A DNA stretch of 64,000 bases from an uncultured bacterium (GCA_964654025.1 CAZZIF010000002.1:883-64882), one strand, 5' to 3'. Shown: positions 18,361-28,955, counted from the first letter of the stretch. Program-made: numbers and translations. The notes: generated from the letters alone by a model not told the origin.

Positions 18361-18740
18361 TTCGCACCGCGGGCCGAGGCCGGCAACGCGCTGGGCGGAT
18401 CGACCTGGCCGCCCTATCATTTCCCACCGCCAGAACATGACCTCAAGATAGCCTTGCCCATCGCGCGGCTCCCACGGGAGAAATCCCATCCGGAGCTTCC
18501 GGAGAATCCTTACTTTGGCCATTGGCGGGGTCGAAGCTCGTCCAGGTGACTAGGACGTTCGAAGGAACTGTCGTACGATGGAGCCGGCGACGGGCTGGAC
18601 GGCGACGGGCTGGACGACGCGGGTTGGTCGCCGGGTTGGTCGACGAGCGGTTCGACGATTTGTTCGGCGTGCTGGCTGGTAGGCCGGTCGATGCCAACAG
18701 AGACAGGGACAGGCCGAGGCTGAGAATAGGAAGACCAAGG

Positions 18741-20597
18741 ATGGTGGAAACGCAACACAAGCACAGTTCGCCTTTTGGTGCGGAGATTCGTCCTGACGGC
18801 CAGGTTCGGTTTCGACTGTGGGCACCCGATCTCACCTCCGTAACGCTCGTTCTCGAGCCGCGCGGCCGAGAGACCATCAGGCTTCCGCTCGACTCCGCTG
18901 GCGAGGGGTGGTTCGAGGTCCTGAGTTCGGTGGTGGGTGCCGGCGATCGCTATCGCTTTCGCCTCCCAGACGGGCTGGAGGTTCCCGACCCGGCGTCTCG
19001 ATGGCAGCCCGAGGGAGTCCATGGACCGAGCGAGATCGTCGATCCCCTGGCCTACCGATGGACCGCCACGAACTGGCAAGGTCGCCCTTGGGAAGAGCTC
19101 GTTCTGTACGAACTGCACGTCGGGACCTTCACGCCGCAAGGCACCTTCGCCGCCGCGGCCGAGCAGCTACCCCGGCTCGCCGATCTTGGCGTGACCGGAA
19201 TCGAGCTGATGCCGGTGGCCGCGTTTCCGGGAAAGCGGAACTGGGGCTACGATGGAGTGCAACCGTTCGCTCCGGCCGATTCCTACGGAACTCCCGACGA
19301 CCTCAAGGCCCTGGTCGACGCCATCCATGCACACGGCATGGCCGCCATGCTCGACGTGGTCTACAACCACTTCGGACCCGAGGGCAATTATCTGCACTGC
19401 TACGCGAAGCCCTTCTTCACGTCGCGCTATGAGACCCCGTGGGGAGCGGCCATCGACTTCGAAGGTCCGCAGAGCGAAGTGGTGCGGCAATTCTTCATCC
19501 AGAACGCTCTCTTCTGGCTGGAGGAGTACCGGTTCGATGGCCTGCGGCTCGATGCAGTCCACGCCATCACGGACCACTCCCGGCCGGACATCCTCGAGGA
19601 ACTGGCCGCGCGAGTCCATCGCGGGCCCGGCGCCGAGCGGGAGGTGCATCTGGTTCTGGAGAACGACAACAACGAGTCGCACTATCTGAAGCGCGCGGCC
19701 GACGGCCGGCCCCTCCAGTTCGTAGCGCAGTGGAACGACGACATCCACCACGCCTTTCACTGTCTGTTGACCAGCGAGAAGGAGGGATACTACCAGGACT
19801 ACGCCTCCGATCCCCTCAGCCATCTGGGACGTTGTCTTAGCGAGGGGTTTGCGTATCAGGGCGAGGCCTCTGCCTTCCGAGACGGCGAGACGCGCGGTGA
19901 GAGAAGCGGGCATCTCCCGGCCTCGGCATTCGTCTCCTTCGTACAGAACCATGACCAGATCGGCAATCGAGTCTTCGGCGAACGGCTGACGACCTTGTGT
20001 GAGCCGCGAGCGCTTCAGGCAGCCACGGTCGTTCTTCTGCTGGCCCCATCGGTGCCGCTGATTTTCATGGGAGAGGAGATTGGTTGCCGCCGGCCGTTCC
20101 TGTTCTTCTCCGACTTCGGCCCCGACCTGGCCGGCCGCGTGACGGAGGGCCGTCGCCGTGAGTTCGCCTCGTTTCCAGAGTTCGCTGATCCGGAAGCGGT
20201 CGGGCGGATTCCCGACCCCCAAGATCCGGCCGTGTTCGGGCAGGTAGTGATCGATTGGCGGCAATCCGGGCGGGGAGTGGCGGCGCACTGGGAAGCGTTC
20301 TACAAACACTATCTGGAGATCCGTCGACGCGACCTGGTGCCGCGGCTGCCGAACATGCCGGGCGACCGATCCGAGTGGCGCCGACTCGGTGACCGGGCGC
20401 TGGAAGCCAAGTGGACGCTCGGCGATGGGAGCCGACTGTGCCTGCTCGCCAATCTGGGCGAAGAGGCCGTCGATGGCCAGCAGCCCTCGGGCAGGTTGAT
20501 CGCCGACTTCCACCTGCAATCGGCTCCCAGCGAATCGACCGTCCGGCTCCCCGGATGGTCGGTCGGTGTGTATCTGGACGAGCGGGAGACACCGTAG
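18741..20597 (+). CDS. treZ: Malto-oligosyltrehalose trehalohydrolase (GH13)
   Basis: N-terminal FGAEIRPDGQVRFRLWAPDLTSVTLVL (TreZ CBM48 start). GH13 catalytic regions GYDGV, GLRLDAVHAI, ENHDQ. The ATG at 18741 is preferred over the ORF-track start. Confidence 0.85.
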   Translation: MVETQHKHSSPFGAEIRPDGQVRFRLWAPDLTSVTLVLEPRGRETIRLPLDSAGEGWFEVLSSVVGAGDRYRFRLPDGLEVPDPASRWQPEGVHGPSEIVDPLAYRWTATNWQGRPWEELVLYELHVGTFTPQGTFAAAAEQLPRLADLGVTGIELMPVAAFPGKRNWGYDGVQPFAPADSYGTPDDLKALVDAIHAHGMAAMLDVVYNHFGPEGNYLHCYAKPFFTSRYETPWGAAIDFEGPQSEVVRQFFIQNALFWLEEYRFDGLRLDAVHAITDHSRPDILEELAARVHRGPGAEREVHLVLENDNNESHYLKRAADGRPLQFVAQWNDDIHHAFHCLLTSEKEGYYQDYASDPLSHLGRCLSEGFAYQGEASAFRDGETRGERSGHLPASAFVSFVQNHDQIGNRVFGERLTTLCEPRALQAATVVLLLAPSVPLIFMGEEIGCRRPFLFFSDFGPDLAGRVTEGRRREFASFPEFADPEAVGRIPDPQDPAVFGQVVIDWRQSGRGVAAHWEAFYKHYLEIRRRDLVPRLPNMPGDRSEWRRLGDRALEAKWTLGDGSRLCLLANLGEEAVDGQQPSGRLIADFHLQSAPSESTVRLPGWSVGVYLDERETP

Positions 20598-20663
20598 ACG
20601 AGTGGGAAACATCGCCGACGAGCGGGAGACGGAGACACCGTAGACGAGCGGGAAGCACCGTGG
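20578..20663. repeat. ~20-bp tandem repeat (GACGAGCGGGAGACACCGTA) x4 spanning the treZ stop codon and the treZ-malQ/treY spacer
   Basis: Direct reading. Confidence 0.85.
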
Positions 20664-20675
20664 AGAGGAGCGCAC

Positions 20676-23600
20676 ATGGACCGAGAAGCACTCGCGGCAC
20701 TGGCCGATCGGGCCGGGATCGAGCCGGAGTACTGGGACATCCGTGGTCAAAGGCACCAGATCACCGATGGAACGAAGCTCACCTTGTTGCGGGCCATGGG
20801 GCTTCCGGTCGCTGATGAGGGTGACCTGCGCCGGGTGCTGACGGAATGGGATGATGCGATCTGGCTTCGCGGGATCCAACCGGTGCTCGTCAAGACGGGC
20901 GGTGATGCCCCGATCGAGGTGGATCTGCACTGGCCGGTGGAAGCGCTGGAGCAGACCGTCGTCTGGACATTACAAGAGGAAGGCGGCATCCGCCATCAGG
21001 ATCGATTCGTACCGGCCGGGTTGGAAATGGTCGCGGAACGCACGATCCGTGGACGACCGTTCGTCCGATTGAGGCTACGCATCCACGCCAGCACGGCACT
21101 TGGGTATCACACCCTGTGGATTGAACCCGAGGAAGCGTCTGAAGCGTCCAATGCAACGTACGACGATCCTCCGGCAGGCGCATCAGAACGGCCTCCCAAG
21201 AGCGCTGCCGAGAGTGTCCAGAGCATGCGGCTCATCGTCGCCCCGACAGCTTGTTACATTCCCCCGGGCATGAGCGACGAGGATCGGGTGTGGGGACCGG
21301 CGGTGCAGCTCTATGCCCTGCGATCGGTGCGCAACTGGGGTGCCGGCGATTTCAGCGACCTGACCGTCCTTCTCGAACTCGCGGCCGAGCAAGGGGCTGG
21401 AATGGTCGGTCTCAATCCCCTACACGCCCTCTTCCCTCACGATCACACCCGGCGTAGTCCGTATAGTCCCTCCAGCCGGCGTTTCCTGAATACATTCTAC
21501 ATCGACGTCGAAGCGGTACCGGAGTTCAGGGAGTGCGAAGCCGCTCGCCGTCTGGTCGGCGAGCCTCGCTTCCAGGCACAGCTGCTCTCCCTTCGCGAGG
21601 CCGAGTTCGTGGACTTCGCGGCGGTGTCGAGCGCGAAGCGTTCCGTCTTGGAACGTCTCTACGAGGAGTTTCGCAACCGGCACGTGGCCAACAGCACCGC
21701 CCGTGCGGAAGCCTTCCGCGCCTATCAAGTCCGCGGGGGACACCGTCTCTGGCAGCACGCGGTCTATGAGGCCTTGTCCGAACACCTTCACGCGAAGGAT
21801 CCACACCTCTGGGGGTGGCCGGTATGGCCCGAGGCATACCGTGACCCGGACGGCGCCGCGGTACTGGCCTTCGCCCAGGAAAATCACGCCCGCGTGGAGT
21901 TCTTCCAGTACCTGCAGTGGGTCGCCCAGGAGCAGTTCGCCGGCGCGGGACGGCGATCCTTGGATTTGGGACTGAAGGTCGGGTTGTATGAGGATCTCGC
22001 GATCGGGGTCGACATCGGTGGGCTCGATACCTGGTTGGATCAGAGCCTGTATGCGCTCGATGCCCGCATCGGGGCCCCCGCGGATGACTTCAACCCGGAA
22101 GGGCAGGAGTGGGGTTTGCCGCCGATGATCCCGCATCGGCTGCGTGCGACCGGGTACCAGCCGTTCATCGAGGTGCTGCGCGCCAACATGCAGCACGGCG
22201 GCGTGCTCCGAATCGATCACGTCATGGGTTTGATGCGCCTGTTCTGGGTTCCGTCGGGCGAGAAGCCGACTCACGGCGCCTACGTGCGCTACGCGCTATC
22301 CGACCTGCTCGCGGTCCTGGCGCTGGAAAGCCAACGGAACCACTGCATGGTGGTGGGGGAGGACCTCGGCACCGTCGATGATCGCGTGCGAGATGCGATG
22401 GGGCCGGCGCAGATCCACGCCTACCGGGTCTTCTACTTTACGAAGGGCGAAGACGGGGCCTTCCGGCTTCCGGAGAATTATCCTTCTCAGGCGCTGGTCA
22501 CGGTGAGTACCCATGACTTGCCCACCCTTCCCGGCTACTGGGAGGGCCGCGACATCCATGTGCGCGGGGAGCTGGATCTCTATCCGGACCCGGCCACCGA
22601 AGAGGAACAGGTTCTCACGCGCGGGCAGGACCGCACCCGCATCATGGTGTCCTTGTCGAAAGCGGGATTGTTGCCCAAGGGCACCGGACTCGACGCCGCG
22701 CTTCTGCCGGACCTGCCCGACAGCTTGATCCAGGCCATCCATGCCTATCTGGCGCGAACACCGTCTCGCATGATGACCTTCCAGTTCGAGGATGTGATGG
22801 GTCAGCTCGACCAGGTGAACTTCCCCGGAACCGTCGACGAGCATCCGAACTGGTGCCGGAAGCTCCCGATCACCCTCGAGGCGATTGGTGAGGACCCACG
22901 CTGGACGGGGCTCACCGAGGTCCTCCGGCGGGAGAGGGGCATGGGACGCGTGGCCGCGGACCGGGAAGATGAGGTCCAGCGAACGGGACCGGATGCCCTG
23001 GTCCCCCGCGCGACCTACCGTTTGCAAATGAACCGGCGCTTCACCTTCGACGATGCCGCGCGCCTGGTTCCGTACTTGAAGCGGCTCGGCATTAGCCACT
23101 GCTATCTGTCGCCGGTGTTGAAAGCGCGCCCGGGCAGTCTGCACGGCTACGACATCATCGACCACAACGAACTCAATCCCGAGATCGGCGGACGGGGGGC
23201 CTTCGATCATCTGGTGCACGTGCTTCATCAGCATCAGATGGGCCTGATCCTGGACATGGTGCCGAACCACATGGGCATCGGCTGGGACAATCCATGGTGG
23301 TACAACGTGCTCGAGAACGGACCCGCCTCACCCTACGCCGGTTTCTTCGACATCGACTGGCAGCCGGTCAAGCCGGAACTGCATGGCAAGGTGCTGCTGC
23401 CCGTTCTGGAAGATCACTATGGGCTGGTCTTGGAGCGGGGCCTCCTGAAGGTGATTTTCGACGCCGGAACCGGTGAGTTCACCCTGGGCTACCATGACCA
23501 TCGATTTCCGCTGGATCCGCGAACCTATCCCACCCTCTTGACCCATGGGATCGAGCGATTGCAGCAGGAGCTGGGAGCCGAAGATCCGAACCTTCACGAG

Positions 23601-25988
23601 CTGCAGACGCTCATCGATGCTCTCACCAACCTGCCGGACCGACATGAGACCGAGAGCGAGAAGATTGCCGTCCGCCTGCGCGATCAAGAGGTCCTCAAGC
23701 GTCACCTCGTTCGAATCTGCGCGGTGAATGAAAGCATTCTCCGATTCGTGCATGCGGTGGTGGAGGTCTTCAACGGGCGGAAAGGGCACCCGGGCAGCTT
23801 CGACCGGTTGGACGCGTTGCTGGCCCACCAAGCCTATCGCCTGGCGTTCTGGCGCGTCGCTTCTGACGAGATCAACTACCGGCGCTTCTTCGATATCAAC
23901 GATCTGGCCGGGCTGTCGATGGACAATCCGGAGGTTTTCGACCGAACCCACCGGCTGGTGATGGAATGGATCAGCCAGGGGAAGGTCCAGGGACTCCGCA
24001 TCGATCACCCCGATGGACTGCGGGATCCGTTGGACTACTGTCGCCGGCTACAGGAGGCGGCCCGTGTGGCGCGCGGACCCCGCGGAGGACGGAGAACCAT
24101 AAACCCATCCACCGGGTGTGACAATCCTTCGTGCGAGCCCGAAGCGGTCTACATTGCCCTCGAGAAGATCCTGATCGGGGACGAGCAGTTGCCCCAGGAC
24201 TGGCCCGTGCATGGAACCACCGGGTACGAGTACGCGTCTGCGGCGACCGGAATGCTGATCGATCAGAGTGCCGAAGCAGCTCTGGAGCGCATCTACAATC
24301 GGTTCGTTGGCCGCAAGACCGAGTTCGCCGAGTTGCTCTACCGCTGCAAGAAGATGATCGTTCACGGGCCTCTGGCCAGTGAACTCAACGTCCTTGCCAC
24401 GGATCTGAACCGGATCGCAGAGTCCGATCGTCACACGCGCGATTTCACGCTCAGCCGCATCAAGGAGGCGTTGGCGGAAGTCGTCGCCTGCTTCCCCGTT
24501 TACCGAACCTATGTCACCGGACGGGGCGTGAGCCCAGAGGATCGCCGGTACGTCGACCAGGCCATCGCCGAGGCCCGGATGCGTTCTCAAGCGATCGATG
24601 TCAGTATCTACGACTTCATCGCCCGCATGCTGCTGCTCGACTTCACCGAGCGCACACCCGAAAGCGTGCGATCTTCGGCGACGCGCTTTGCGATGAGTTT
24701 TCAGCAGTACACGGGACCGGTCATGGCCAAGGGCATGGAGGACACCGCATTCTACGTCTTCTACCGGCTTCTCTCGCTCAATGATGTGGGGAACGATCCC
24801 ACACGGTTCGGGCGGTCGGTGGCCGAATTCCACGAGCGCAACCGGGATCGGGCTCAAGATCGGCCCCATGCCCTCTTGAGCAACTCGACACACGATCATA
24901 AGCGCAGTGCGGACGTGCGGGCGCGAATCAATGTCCTCTCGGAAGTCCCCGACCGCTGGCAAGCGTGCGTGTCTGGCTGGAATCGAATGAACCGCAGTCA
25001 CAAGCGCCGAGTGGCGGGCCTGTTCGCGCCGACGAAGAATGACGAGTACGCCTTCTATCAGACGCTGATCGGCGTCCATCCCGCGGGCGCCCTCACCGGA
25101 GATCAGATCGACACATTCCGTGAACGTATCGAGCGCACCATGATCAAGTCCGTGCGTGAGGCGAAGGTGCACAGCAGCTGGATCAATGTCAATCCGGCCT
25201 ATGAGGATGCAACGTTATCCTTCGTCCGCGCAGTTCTGGCCGATGATCGCGAGGACGGCTTCCTGGCTGACTTCAGAAGGTTCCAAAGCAAGGTTGCGTT
25301 TTTCGGTATGCTGAATGGTCTGGCCCTCACGTTGCTCCAGCTCACTGTCCCCGGCGTGCCGGACATCTATCAAGGAGACGAACTGTGGCGCTACTCCCTG
25401 GTCGATCCCGACAATCGGCGCCCGGTGGACTTCGCGTTGCGCCAGCGGATGCTGCGAGAACTCGACCAGCAGCAACGCGAGCCGTCCCTTTCGCAAGACG
25501 AATCAAGTGGCGATTCGGAAGCCTCGGAAGCCGATGCCGCATCCGTCCCGGCACTCGCGCGAACGCAGGATCTCTTCTCGTCTTTGTCGGACGGACGGGC
25601 CAAACTATACGTGCTCAGCCGGGTGTTGAGGCTACGCGCTCAATTGCCGGAGCTGTTCAGCTCGAGCGAGTATGAGGCGCTCGCGGTTCGGGGGAGCCTG
25701 GCCGATCACGCCTGCGCCTATCTTCGGCGTCATGGAGAGCGGGCGATGATCGTCATTGTGCCGCGTCTGTGCGCCAAGCTCCTGGACTTCACACCGGGAC
25801 GGATGCCGGTCGGCGAAAAGGTGTGGGGTGATACGTGGATCGAGCTGGCGAGGCCTGAGGCCGGGCGCGTCCTTCGCCACGTCCTGACCCGTGAGACGCT
25901 GGAACCGGGTCAGGGTGACCAGTCGGGGAGGATTCCGATGGGTGAGGCCCTCCGGTCGATTCCGGTCGGCCTCTTCTTGTGCGAATAG
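20676..25988 (+). CDS. treY: Bifunctional 4-alpha-glucanotransferase (GH77, MalQ-like N-terminal half) / malto-oligosyltrehalose synthase (TreY, C-terminal half), 1770 aa
   Basis: Continuous ORF with a GGAGAGGAG RBS. Residues 1-~760 carry the MalQ N-terminus ALADRAGIEPEYWDIRGQ and the GH77 core. Residues ~770-1770 begin ATYRLQMNRRFTFDDAARLVPYLKRLGISHCYLSPVLKARPGSLHGYDIIDH, the TreY start and GH13. Confidence 0.85.
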   Translation: MDREALAALADRAGIEPEYWDIRGQRHQITDGTKLTLLRAMGLPVADEGDLRRVLTEWDDAIWLRGIQPVLVKTGGDAPIEVDLHWPVEALEQTVVWTLQEEGGIRHQDRFVPAGLEMVAERTIRGRPFVRLRLRIHASTALGYHTLWIEPEEASEASNATYDDPPAGASERPPKSAAESVQSMRLIVAPTACYIPPGMSDEDRVWGPAVQLYALRSVRNWGAGDFSDLTVLLELAAEQGAGMVGLNPLHALFPHDHTRRSPYSPSSRRFLNTFYIDVEAVPEFRECEAARRLVGEPRFQAQLLSLREAEFVDFAAVSSAKRSVLERLYEEFRNRHVANSTARAEAFRAYQVRGGHRLWQHAVYEALSEHLHAKDPHLWGWPVWPEAYRDPDGAAVLAFAQENHARVEFFQYLQWVAQEQFAGAGRRSLDLGLKVGLYEDLAIGVDIGGLDTWLDQSLYALDARIGAPADDFNPEGQEWGLPPMIPHRLRATGYQPFIEVLRANMQHGGVLRIDHVMGLMRLFWVPSGEKPTHGAYVRYALSDLLAVLALESQRNHCMVVGEDLGTVDDRVRDAMGPAQIHAYRVFYFTKGEDGAFRLPENYPSQALVTVSTHDLPTLPGYWEGRDIHVRGELDLYPDPATEEEQVLTRGQDRTRIMVSLSKAGLLPKGTGLDAALLPDLPDSLIQAIHAYLARTPSRMMTFQFEDVMGQLDQVNFPGTVDEHPNWCRKLPITLEAIGEDPRWTGLTEVLRRERGMGRVAADREDEVQRTGPDALVPRATYRLQMNRRFTFDDAARLVPYLKRLGISHCYLSPVLKARPGSLHGYDIIDHNELNPEIGGRGAFDHLVHVLHQHQMGLILDMVPNHMGIGWDNPWWYNVLENGPASPYAGFFDIDWQPVKPELHGKVLLPVLEDHYGLVLERGLLKVIFDAGTGEFTLGYHDHRFPLDPRTYPTLLTHGIERLQQELGAEDPNLHELQTLIDALTNLPDRHETESEKIAVRLRDQEVLKRHLVRICAVNESILRFVHAVVEVFNGRKGHPGSFDRLDALLAHQAYRLAFWRVASDEINYRRFFDINDLAGLSMDNPEVFDRTHRLVMEWISQGKVQGLRIDHPDGLRDPLDYCRRLQEAARVARGPRGGRRTINPSTGCDNPSCEPEAVYIALEKILIGDEQLPQDWPVHGTTGYEYASAATGMLIDQSAEAALERIYNRFVGRKTEFAELLYRCKKMIVHGPLASELNVLATDLNRIAESDRHTRDFTLSRIKEALAEVVACFPVYRTYVTGRGVSPEDRRYVDQAIAEARMRSQAIDVSIYDFIARMLLLDFTERTPESVRSSATRFAMSFQQYTGPVMAKGMEDTAFYVFYRLLSLNDVGNDPTRFGRSVAEFHERNRDRAQDRPHALLSNSTHDHKRSADVRARINVLSEVPDRWQACVSGWNRMNRSHKRRVAGLFAPTKNDEYAFYQTLIGVHPAGALTGDQIDTFRERIERTMIKSVREAKVHSSWINVNPAYEDATLSFVRAVLADDREDGFLADFRRFQSKVAFFGMLNGLALTLLQLTVPGVPDIYQGDELWRYSLVDPDNRRPVDFALRQRMLRELDQQQREPSLSQDESSGDSEASEADAASVPALARTQDLFSSLSDGRAKLYVLSRVLRLRAQLPELFSSSEYEALAVRGSLADHACAYLRRHGERAMIVIVPRLCAKLLDFTPGRMPVGEKVWGDTWIELARPEAGRVLRHVLTRETLEPGQGDQSGRIPMGEALRSIPVGLFLCE

Positions 25989-26115
25989 ACGGCCCGGCCC
26001 CTACTCGGGCTCCCCTCTGCGGCACTGTCCGCATGGGAAATTGTCGGCAACGATGTGCACCGCGGTGGAAGGAACCCCCCTGGGCGGAGGGAACTCCCTG
26101 AAAGGAAGGAGCTGC

Positions 26116-26886
26116 CTAACGGGAAGTGTACCCACCGTCGATGACCAGTTCGCTGCCGGTCACGAACTTGGCTTCATCCGAAGCCAGATAGACCACACCG
26201 TAGGCGATATCCTCCGGTTCGCCTACGTGGCCGATGGGGTGCTGAGCATCCAGGGTTTGCCGAAATTCCTCAACGCTCTGCGAGGACCTCTCGGCGAGAT
26301 CTTCTACCAATGGCGTCCAGATGTATCCCGGGTGCACCGAGTTCACGCGAATGTGTTCCTTGGCATAGAGCAATGCGTCGGTCTTGGTCATCAACCGCAC
26401 AGCCCCCTTGGAGGCATGGTAGGGCGGGATGTCGGGCGCCCCGATGATTCCGTAGATGGACGATAGGTTGATGATCGATCCGGCGCCTGCCGATCGCATG
26501 TGTGCGATCGCGTGTTTGGTGCACAGGAAGACGCCCTTGACGTTGACATCCAGAACCTTGTCCCAGTCTTCGACCGATAGTTCATCGGTGGGTTGATCGG
26601 CGCCGGCGATGCCCGCGTTGTTGACGAGAATGTGGAGGCCCCCGAACTGCTTCACAACGTCATCGGTGACGCTCTTCACGGAGTCTTCGGAGGCGACATT
26701 CATGTTCCAGAACTTCGCGGTGCCGCCGTTGGTGTTGATCGCCTCGGCCACCTTCTGGCCTTCATCATCAAGGATGTCGGTGACCGCCACCTTGGCGCCT
26801 TCTTTGGCCAGTTGTTCACAGCACGCCTTGCCGATTCCCAGCGCGCCCCCGGTGACCAAAGCGACCTTGCCTTCGAGCCTTTGCAT
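26116..26886 (-). CDS. Short-chain dehydrogenase/reductase (SDR; glucose-1-dehydrogenase/3-oxoacyl-ACP-reductase-like)
   Basis: GGGAGG RBS before the ATG at 26886. TGGALGIGK cofactor motif, NNAG, and a YxxxK active site. The 277-aa ORF-track N-terminal extension is unsupported. Confidence 0.85.
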   Translation of the reverse strand: MQRLEGKVALVTGGALGIGKACCEQLAKEGAKVAVTDILDDEGQKVAEAINTNGGTAKFWNMNVASEDSVKSVTDDVVKQFGGLHILVNNAGIAGADQPTDELSVEDWDKVLDVNVKGVFLCTKHAIAHMRSAGAGSIINLSSIYGIIGAPDIPPYHASKGAVRLMTKTDALLYAKEHIRVNSVHPGYIWTPLVEDLAERSSQSVEEFRQTLDAQHPIGHVGEPEDIAYGVVYLASDEAKFVTGSELVIDGGYTSR

Positions 26887-27211
26887 GAATGCCTCCCGTT
26901 TCCTTCTGCACGTGCAAGAAGTCATGTGATCGACGCACATCACTCTAAGACCACTGCGTGTCACCGGATACCAGGGAGATACTGGCGTGGCGACCGTTCG
27001 TTTCCGTCCTCGTGCGTGGGGGCACTCCCCAGGAGATCCCCGGTGGGATGCGATGCGGTAAGAGTGGATTGCCCGGTGTCCTCGTGAACGGTGATGCGCT
27101 ATTGAATGGAGTATCCGGTAGCCAGATAAGTGCCGCCGACAGGGCGGGTACAATCGATTTGTGGCCGACGAACACAATGGGGTGACGACCTTGAAGCGAC
27201 GCGAGGGACCA

Positions 27212-28795
27212 ATGGTGGAACGACGGATCGCAAAGAAGCGCGGACGAGAGGTCCAGTTGCTGGGCCTGCTTGTCATCGGCAGCCTCGGGCTTCTTGCCGG
27301 ACCAGCCCGAATCGGTGACCTCGGACCTGCGGCGAGTCTGGGGTTCGTGGCCACTGCGCAGACCGCAAACCAGCCAGAGCGCGCCAGCGCAGATCCCAGC
27401 TTGGACCAGCCTCTTGACGAGGTGGCTCCGGATCTGCGCATCCGCAGAAACGTCGAGCGCGCGTTGTCGGCAACCTGGGCGGTTCCCGCTGACAGCATCG
27501 CGACGGCGGTTGCGGATGGAATCGTGACGCTTTCGGGCTCGGTGCCCCATCTGCTGGCCAAGGACCAGGCGACACGGGCGGCCGAGGCCGTGCGTGGGGT
27601 TCGCGCCATCGTGAACCGCGTGGAGGTGCGGCCCCTTGCCCGCAGCGACGCCTTTTTGAGGGAACGGATTTCGAGGGCGTTGGCGGCGGATCCGGTGGTG
27701 GAGGCCGAGGACATCACGGTGGACGTCCTTCACGGTGAGGTCACCCTTTCTGGACCAGTGGGCTCCATAGTGGAGCAGCGCGCGGCGGTCCAGGCGGCCA
27801 AACGAATCGTAGGCGTGCTGGGTGTTCGCAATCTGCTTGACCTGGTCCCCGAACTGGATCGGCCCGATGAACGCATCGAGGAGGAAGTCAAACGCCGCCT
27901 GCGCTACGACGCGCTCGTGGTTGCCGATCGGATCGCGGTCGACGTCGAGGGCGGACATGTTCGTCTGTCGGGTCGGGTGCCCTGTGCTGCAGAGCGTAGG
28001 CGCGCCGAGACGGATGCCTCGGTCCCCGGCGTGCGATCCGTCCATGTAGAAGATCTGGTCGTGGATCCAGACATGGATCGCGCGTTCATGCACCGTGCGG
28101 ATCTGGTTGCCTCAGACTCTCCGAGTCTGGCAGAGGCCCCCAGTGACGAGGAGATCGAGCAGGCGATTGTCGCGTCGCTGTTTCAGGATCCACGGATCGG
28201 TGTGGATTTGATCGAAGTCGAGGTCGACGAAGGCGTCGCCTTTCTGCAGGGACAGGTCGAGCGACCGCGCGAAGTGCGTCTGGCTGAAGAGAACGCACGT
28301 CATACAGTGGGGGTCCTGGCGGTCAGGAATCACTTGAGCGTACGGCCGCCTCAGCGTCCCTCCGACCGGCAGCTCCAGGGCGCCGCCGAGGAAGCGCTCC
28401 AGGCGAATGCCTATGTGAACGGCGACTCGATCGAGGTGGCCGTCCATGGAGGGCTCATCTATCTGTTCGGCACAGTGGCCGATCATGGAACGGTTCGCGA
28501 GGCCATTGAAGTTCTGGAAAGCGTGCCCGGGGCGGTCGCGGTACTCAATAACCTGCGGGTTCTTCGCAACGGATCCGAGATGTCCGACGAAGAGCTGCGC
28601 AAGCGGGTGCAGTGGTTGATCGAGGGGTCGGCGCTGATCAAGGCGGATGAGGTCGTGGTCCTGTCCAATACCGGAACGGTCAGTCTCCGGGGTGATGTTC
28701 AGACCTGGACGGGGCGCGCCGTCGCGGAGGATCTGGCCTACCGGGCGGGTGCGCTCAGCGTCATCAACCGTCTGCAGGTGAGCGGTACCCGGTAA
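27212..28795 (+). CDS. Multi-BON-domain protein (OsmY-like), secreted/periplasmic
   Basis: Six or more BON repeats (pattern I..AL......V.V.V..G.V.LSG.V). N-terminal hydrophobic segment. The start at 27212 is uncertain. Confidence 0.65.
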   Translation: MVERRIAKKRGREVQLLGLLVIGSLGLLAGPARIGDLGPAASLGFVATAQTANQPERASADPSLDQPLDEVAPDLRIRRNVERALSATWAVPADSIATAVADGIVTLSGSVPHLLAKDQATRAAEAVRGVRAIVNRVEVRPLARSDAFLRERISRALAADPVVEAEDITVDVLHGEVTLSGPVGSIVEQRAAVQAAKRIVGVLGVRNLLDLVPELDRPDERIEEEVKRRLRYDALVVADRIAVDVEGGHVRLSGRVPCAAERRRAETDASVPGVRSVHVEDLVVDPDMDRAFMHRADLVASDSPSLAEAPSDEEIEQAIVASLFQDPRIGVDLIEVEVDEGVAFLQGQVERPREVRLAEENARHTVGVLAVRNHLSVRPPQRPSDRQLQGAAEEALQANAYVNGDSIEVAVHGGLIYLFGTVADHGTVREAIEVLESVPGAVAVLNNLRVLRNGSEMSDEELRKRVQWLIEGSALIKADEVVVLSNTGTVSLRGDVQTWTGRAVAEDLAYRAGALSVINRLQVSGTR

Positions 28796-28955
28796 GGGAA
28801 CTACCCCTTGACCCGCACCAGGGAATCCCCGATGGCGTGGTGGCCGGTGTGTGGCGCATGGTTGCTCGAGGTCGATCTTGGCATAGGTGCGGCGAAGCTG
28901 CCACTTCCGATTGGGGTGGGGGCGCCGTGCCGCCATCGAATGAGGAGAGTAGTCG

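Noticed and set aside
20676-25988. Considered splitting the 1770-aa ORF into separate malQ and treY genes
   Set aside because: There is no in-frame stop or frameshift anywhere. The junction (~residue 765) is continuous coding sequence, so it is reported as a genuine fusion, pending resequencing.
26887-27717. N-terminal 277-aa extension of ORF 26116..27717 upstream of the SDR domain
   Set aside because: The SDR domain starts at a well-supported ATG (26886) with a GGGAGG RBS. The extension is Arg/Ser/Pro-rich and overlaps the BON gene 5' region on the opposite strand.
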